From contig JBBRLJ010000010.1 of the NCBI GenBank assembly GCA_038231435.1, positions 1 to 64,000 on the forward strand: DNA of 64,000 bases. Reading direction: 5' to 3'. The notes under the pieces are model-generated. The model was not told the DNA's origin. It saw nothing but the letters and a program-made list of their open reading frames with translations, and searched no databases. Both the position numbers and the translations under genes were made by a program. This document shows positions 59,559 to 64,000 of this stretch, piece by piece (positions within the stretch are counted from its first letter, which is position 1; every line of letters starts with the position of its first letter). This stretch comes from Planctomycetota bacterium. Its GTDB lineage: Bacteria; Planctomycetota; UBA11346.

Positions 59559-60641
59559 TCACATCAGGCGGATGGCCTGGGCCTTGAACAGGCACCAGGT
59601 CTCCACGCCCGCGGATATGCCCAACTCGGCGATGGCGGCCTGGCCGACCTCGCACAGCAAGGGCACGCCGACATCGACCACCACCAGCGAGCCGTTCCCC
59701 GTCGCCGAGACCGAGACCACGCGGCCGCGCAGCTGGTTGCGCATCGAGATGCCGGCGACCCGCTGGGTCGCGAGGGCGATGTGCCGCGGATCGATGGTCA
59801 GCGATCCGCGCGAGCCGATGGCGAGCTCGCTGCGCGGGCCATGGAGGGCTTCGGTCCGCTCGGCGCCTGCGCTGGCGAGCGTGAGCAGGGTCCCGTCGGC
59901 GTCGCTGCGCGCGACCACGATGGGCAGGACGTTGGCGAGGCCATGGCGCTGGAGCAGCGACTGGAGCGCCGGATCGCGCGCCAACTCGAGCACGCGTCCC
60001 TGGCCGAGCACGCGTCCACGCTCCATGAGCGCCAGGCGATCGGTGAGCTGGAGGATCTCGGAGAGGTCGTGGCTCACGTAGAGCATCGGCATTTCCAGGC
60101 GGTCGCGGATAGCGCGCAGGAAGGCCATGATCTGCGCCTTCAGCCGATCGTCCAAAGCCGCCAACGGCTCGTCGAGCACCAGCAGCCGTGGCGAGCACAG
60201 CAGCGCGCGCCCCAGGGCGACGCGCTGCGCCTCGCCGCCCGACAATCCGCGCACTCGCCGTTCGAGCAGCGCTCCCAACTCCAGCAGTTGCACCACCTCG
60301 TCGAAGCCGATGCGGCGCTCGGACGCGTGGAGCAGACGTTCGCCGTAGCGGAGATTGCCGGCGACGGTGTAGTGCGGCAGCAGCCGACCATCCTGGAACA
60401 CCGCTGCGATGCGTCGCCGGTGCGCGGGCACTGAAATCCCGGCGGTAGCGTCGAACAGGGTCTCGCCATCGAGCGTGATCGTTCCCGTGTTCGCACGCAC
60501 CAGTCCGGTGACGGCGTGCAGCAGGGTGCTCTTTCCCGATCCGGATGGGCCGAAGACGCCGGTGACGCCGCCGGCGGTGGTCACCGCGGCGGTCAGCGAG
60601 AACGTCCCGCGCCTCGCCTGGATATCGACGGCGAGCGTCAT
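59559..60641 (-). CDS. modC: Molybdate ABC transporter ATP-binding subunit
   Basis: GPSGSGKST, VFQDGRL.PH.TV.GNL.YG, LSGGE.QRVA, S.RN.L.G TOBE domain. Confidence 0.92.
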   Translation of the reverse strand: MTLAVDIQARRGTFSLTAAVTTAGGVTGVFGPSGSGKSTLLHAVTGLVRANTGTITLDGETLFDATAGISVPAHRRRIAAVFQDGRLLPHYTVAGNLRYGERLLHASERRIGFDEVVQLLELGALLERRVRGLSGGEAQRVALGRALLCSPRLLVLDEPLAALDDRLKAQIMAFLRAIRDRLEMPMLYVSHDLSEILQLTDRLALMERGRVLGQGRVLELARDPALQSLLQRHGLANVLPIVVARSDADGTLLTLASAGAERTEALHGPRSELAIGSRGSLTIDPRHIALATQRVAGISMRNQLRGRVVSVSATGNGSLVVVDVGVPLLCEVGQAAIAELGISAGVETWCLFKAQAIRLM

Positions 60642-61324
60642 CGTGCGCTCCGCGCCCGCATGCGCCTGGTCAACAGCTCGGAAGCCAGCAGTGCGAGGAT
60701 CGACACGGTCAGCGAGATCAGCAGCAGGCGCATGACCTCGGCCTCTCCATGCGCCGTCTGGCTGTAGGCATAGATCGCCACGGGCAATGTGCGCGATTGG
60801 CCGGGGATGTTGCCCGCCAGGGTCATGGTCGCGCCGAATTCGCCCAGCCCGCGGGCGAAGGACACCACCAGACCGGCGAGGACGCCTGGAGCTGCCAGCG
60901 GCAGGGTGACGGTGGCGAAGGTGCGCAGCGGACCGGCGCCGAGGGTGCGCACGGCGTCCTCGAGACGCGGATCCACCAGTTCGATGGCGAGCCGCACCGA
61001 GCGCACCAGCAGCGGGAAGGCCATCACCGCCGCCGCCACCGCGGCGCCGCGCCAGGTGAAGGCGATGCCGAGTCCGAGCGCTTCGAGCCAGCGGCCGAAG
61101 GCGCTGCCATGTCCGAGCAGCAGCAGCAGCAGGTAGCCGGTGACCACCGGTGGCAGGACCAGCGGCAGGTGCACGGCGGTGTCGACCACGATCTTTCCCG
61201 GAAAGCTCCGTCGCGCGAGCACCCAGCCGAGCGCGATGCCGGGCACCGCCATCGCCACGAGGCTGACCAGCGCCACCCGCGCGCTGAGCGCCACCACTGT
61301 CCATTCCTCGTCAGTGAGCAGCAC
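60638..61324 (-). CDS. modB: Molybdate ABC transporter permease
   Basis: LPLVLPPVVTGY.LL, FTWRGA, FARGLGEFGAT...AGNIPG. Confidence 0.94.
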   Translation of the reverse strand: MLLTDEEWTVVALSARVALVSLVAMAVPGIALGWVLARRSFPGKIVVDTAVHLPLVLPPVVTGYLLLLLLGHGSAFGRWLEALGLGIAFTWRGAAVAAAVMAFPLLVRSVRLAIELVDPRLEDAVRTLGAGPLRTFATVTLPLAAPGVLAGLVVSFARGLGEFGATMTLAGNIPGQSRTLPVAIYAYSQTAHGEAEVMRLLLISLTVSILALLASELLTRRMRARSAR

Positions 61325-62177
61325 GCGGATCCGCTGGTGTGTTCGCGCGCGGCGGCGGCGCTTTCGCAGCCGGAGTCGTCGCCGGCGCTACCAGCGGCGC
61401 CATCTCGAAGCCGAGACGGGTGAAGATCGCCGAGGCGCGCTCGTCGCGCAGGTAGTCGAGGAAGGCCTGGGCTCGCGGCTTGGCGTTCATGGTCAGGGCC
61501 ACCGGATAGCGGATCGGCTGCCGCGCATCGTCCGGGAGCAGCGCCACCACCTCGATCCGATCCGAGGTCTTCGCGTCGGTGGCGTAGACCACGCCGAGCC
61601 CGGTCTCGCCGGTCTCGACCAGGCGCAGGGCCGCGCGCACGTCCAGGGTCGGCGCGAGGCGATCCTTCACCGCATCCCACCAGCCGAGCTCGGTGAACGC
61701 CGCCTGGGCATAGATGCCGGCGGGGACATGGCTCGGATCCGCGATGGCGAGTCGCCCGTTCCAGGCCTTGGCGATGTCGAAGCCCGACGCCACTTGGATG
61801 GCGGGGCTCGGCGCCTTGCCCTTCGGAGCCACCAGCACCAGATGGTTGGCGAGCAGATTGGCGCGCGATCCGGCGCGCAGCGCATGATGCTGGTCGAGGT
61901 CGTCCATCCACTGCTCGTCGGCGCTGAGGATCAGGTCGGCTGGCGCGCCGTTCTCGATCTGCTTGGCGAGGGTCGATGAGGCGGCGAAGCTCAGCGTCAC
62001 CTCGACCTTGGTCTCGGCGGTGTAGGCCTTGGCGATCTCGGCGAGCGCGTCGCTGGTCGACGCCGCGGCGAAGACCAGCACCGGCTCGTCGCTCGTCCAG
62101 CCTCGGCCGCAGGTGACCACGGCGAAGGCGAGCGACAGAACCGCGATGCGGAGCGGTGACCGGACCTGGTGGTTCAC
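61311..62177 (-). CDS. modA: Molybdate ABC transporter substrate-binding protein
   Basis: VFAAAS, FAASS.LAKQIE.GAPAD, HVPAGIYA, DVRAAL..V, VY.TDA, I.YP.A. GTG start overlapping the upstream TGA is inferred. Confidence 0.93.
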   Translation of the reverse strand: MNHQVRSPLRIAVLSLAFAVVTCGRGWTSDEPVLVFAAASTSDALAEIAKAYTAETKVEVTLSFAASSTLAKQIENGAPADLILSADEQWMDDLDQHHALRAGSRANLLANHLVLVAPKGKAPSPAIQVASGFDIAKAWNGRLAIADPSHVPAGIYAQAAFTELGWWDAVKDRLAPTLDVRAALRLVETGETGLGVVYATDAKTSDRIEVVALLPDDARQPIRYPVALTMNAKPRAQAFLDYLRDERASAIFTRLGFEMAPLVAPATTPAAKAPPPRANTPADPRAAH

Positions 62178-63130
62178 GGGGTTCCGTGCTCGAGCCATCC
62201 GATATCCGCAGAAGTAAGGCGAACGCTCGCCGCGGCGAGGCTGTCGACGAGCTGCGCGGGCGTGCGCGAACCGATGATCGCGGCGCCGCCCTGGGGATGC
62301 TCGAGGATGTAGGCGAGCGCGATGGCGTTCGGCGTGGCCTTCATGCGTGTCGCGAGCTCGGCGACGCGTTTCCAACGCGCCGCATCCACCGCCGAAGCAT
62401 TTTCCGGCAATGGCTTGGCGAAGAATCCGCCGGCCTGCGACGAGTACGGGATCTGGCGCAGGCGCGACTCGCGATGGTACGCCAGCGCCTCGTCATCCAT
62501 CTCGAGGGTCTCGTGCGCCTGCCACGGCTTGGCCTTGGCCTGGCGCAGGTTCCACGAGATCTGGCTGGCGCAGAACGGCGTCAGTCCGGTGCTAGCGGCG
62601 TGCGCAGCGGCGGCGCGCAAGCGCGCCGGTCGCCAGTTGGAGGCGCCGATGGCGCGGATCCTGCCGCGGTCGATCTCGCCTTGCAGCGCGTGCAGGATCT
62701 CGCCGACCGGCACCGCGGGATCATCGCGGTGCATCCAGTACAGGTCGATGACGTCGATGCCGAGGCGGTCGAGGCTGTCGTCGAGATCGCTGGCGATGTC
62801 CTCGGGTTTCAGGCGCGAGCGCGACGGACCGCTCATCGGAGGGTGGCCACCCTTGGTCGCGATCACCATCGACGCGCGGTTGCCGCGCTCGCGCATCCAG
62901 GCGCCGATGGTGCGCTCGCTCGCGCCCTCGCCGCCCGGGAGCCACGCGGCGTAGACGTGGGCGGTGTCGATGAAGTTGCCGCCGTCGGCGGCGTAGCCGT
63001 CGAGCAGCGCGAAGGACTGGTCGCGCGGGATGGCCGAGCCGTGGGTCGCGGTGCCGAGGCAGATCGCCGATACCGGCAGGGAGATTCCGGACAGGCGGAT
63101 GGAGCGCGATGCGGTGTCCATGTGGTTCAT
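62174..63130 (-). CDS. Aldo/keto reductase
   Basis: GGNFIDTAHVY, SE..IG.W, IATKGG, SL.RL..D.IDLY..HRDD, IGASNW. Confidence 0.92.
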   Translation of the reverse strand: MNHMDTASRSIRLSGISLPVSAICLGTATHGSAIPRDQSFALLDGYAADGGNFIDTAHVYAAWLPGGEGASERTIGAWMRERGNRASMVIATKGGHPPMSGPSRSRLKPEDIASDLDDSLDRLGIDVIDLYWMHRDDPAVPVGEILHALQGEIDRGRIRAIGASNWRPARLRAAAAHAASTGLTPFCASQISWNLRQAKAKPWQAHETLEMDDEALAYHRESRLRQIPYSSQAGGFFAKPLPENASAVDAARWKRVAELATRMKATPNAIALAYILEHPQGGAAIIGSRTPAQLVDSLAAASVRLTSADIGWLEHGTP

Positions 63131-63969
63131 TTCTTGAAGTAGGCGTAGCTGGCGGCGCGGGCGCGCGTGCGCGCCTCGAGTGCGCGCATGTGCGCGTCGT
63201 CGAACGGAGCGTAGGCGCGGGCGATGCGAGCGTTGTCGTCCACCTCGGCCGGCGTCGAGCAGCCGATGATGGCGAGGGTCACTCCGGGCAGCGACAGCGA
63301 GTAGCCCATCGCCTCGTCCATGCTCAGGCCGCCAGGTTCGAGCAGCGCGCCCTGGGCCGCGACCTTCATCGCGATCACCCCCATGCCGCGGCGCATGGCC
63401 TCGGCGGCGGCGGTTGACGCGAACGGTAGACGGTGCGTGTCGGCGGCATTGAGCGCCACCAGCAGGGTATCGAAATCGAAGCGCTTCATCGCCTCGACCA
63501 GGATCTGCGGATCGTGGTGGCCGGTGAGGCCGAGATGCTTGACGCGCCCGTCGGCGCGCGCCTCGGCGAGGGCCTCGATCGCGCCACCGCGCGCGAAGAT
63601 GCGCTCGAGATCGTCGCGGGTGCGCAGGTCGTGCAGCTGCCAGAGATCGAGGCGGTCGGTGCGCAGGCGTTTCAGGCTGTCGTCGAGCAGCCTGAGCGAA
63701 CCAGCGCGGGTGCGTTCGTGGGTCTTCGAGGCGAGAAAGACCTGGTCGCGCCGCTTGCCGAGCGTCGCTCCGTAGTAGTCCATGCTACCGGCGTACGCGG
63801 GCGCGGTATCGCAGTAGGTGACGCCCTGCTCCAACGCGCGCTCGATCACCCGCGCGGCCTCGTCATCGCGGCCATGGGTGCGCAGCACGCCCTCGCCGCC
63901 CAGGCCGAACAACGAGACCGTGCGGCCGGTGCGCCCGAGCGTTCTGGTGGGCAGGGGAACGGCGGGCAT
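63127..63969 (-). CDS. Aldo/keto reductase
   Basis: R.LGRTG..VS..GLG, DTA..Y, FLASK, SL.RL.TD.LDL.QLH, G.TGH, MGVIAMK. Confidence 0.92.
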   Translation of the reverse strand: MPAVPLPTRTLGRTGRTVSLFGLGGEGVLRTHGRDDEAARVIERALEQGVTYCDTAPAYAGSMDYYGATLGKRRDQVFLASKTHERTRAGSLRLLDDSLKRLRTDRLDLWQLHDLRTRDDLERIFARGGAIEALAEARADGRVKHLGLTGHHDPQILVEAMKRFDFDTLLVALNAADTHRLPFASTAAAEAMRRGMGVIAMKVAAQGALLEPGGLSMDEAMGYSLSLPGVTLAIIGCSTPAEVDDNARIARAYAPFDDAHMRALEARTRARAASYAYFKK

Positions 63970-64000
63970 GCGGGGAGGCTAGCCTGCTTTGCACAGGGGG

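Noticed and set aside
59559..62177. Functional link between modABC and the Sec cassette (Mo/Se enzymes)
   Set aside because: They are about 30 kb apart, modABC is outside the repeat-bounded block, and no molybdoenzyme is in the window.

Overview
High-GC bacterial window; protein styles suggest Planctomycetota, which is an inference. Left part (1-19 kb): the 3' end of a large repeat/MBG/LamG surface protein and a compositionally mosaic Wzx/Wzy-type polysaccharide locus, headed by a ~1,980-aa GYF_2 + coiled-coil + membrane-fusion protein. The main finding (20.9-31.6 kb) is a block bounded by a 127-bp diverged duplication of the lhgO 3' end. It carries selA, selB, tRNA-Sec (selC) and selD. Immediately upstream of selA is a 310-aa signal-peptide-bearing thioredoxin-like gene with an in-frame UGA (DFCAH-U-PS) followed by a SECIS-like hairpin; the ORF track calls only the part downstream of this UGA. 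The block also holds an uncharacterised acyl-CoA dehydrogenase / PhnD-fold / TusA-ferritin-like operon. Next (31.5-42 kb) is a candidate lysine-catabolic neighbourhood (saccharopine/lysine dehydrogenase, AmaB-type ALDH, PhyH, HglS-like VOC protein, LarA-like protein, LhgO) with a structured leader RNA. The rest is mostly ordinary: tesA-ybbAP, Ser/Thr kinase, two uracil-DNA glycosylases, ABC exporter, GPx, tRNA-Val, modABC, two aldo/keto reductases, one unassigned structured RNA and several gene remnants. All family assignments come from motif recognition by eye; no database searches were run.
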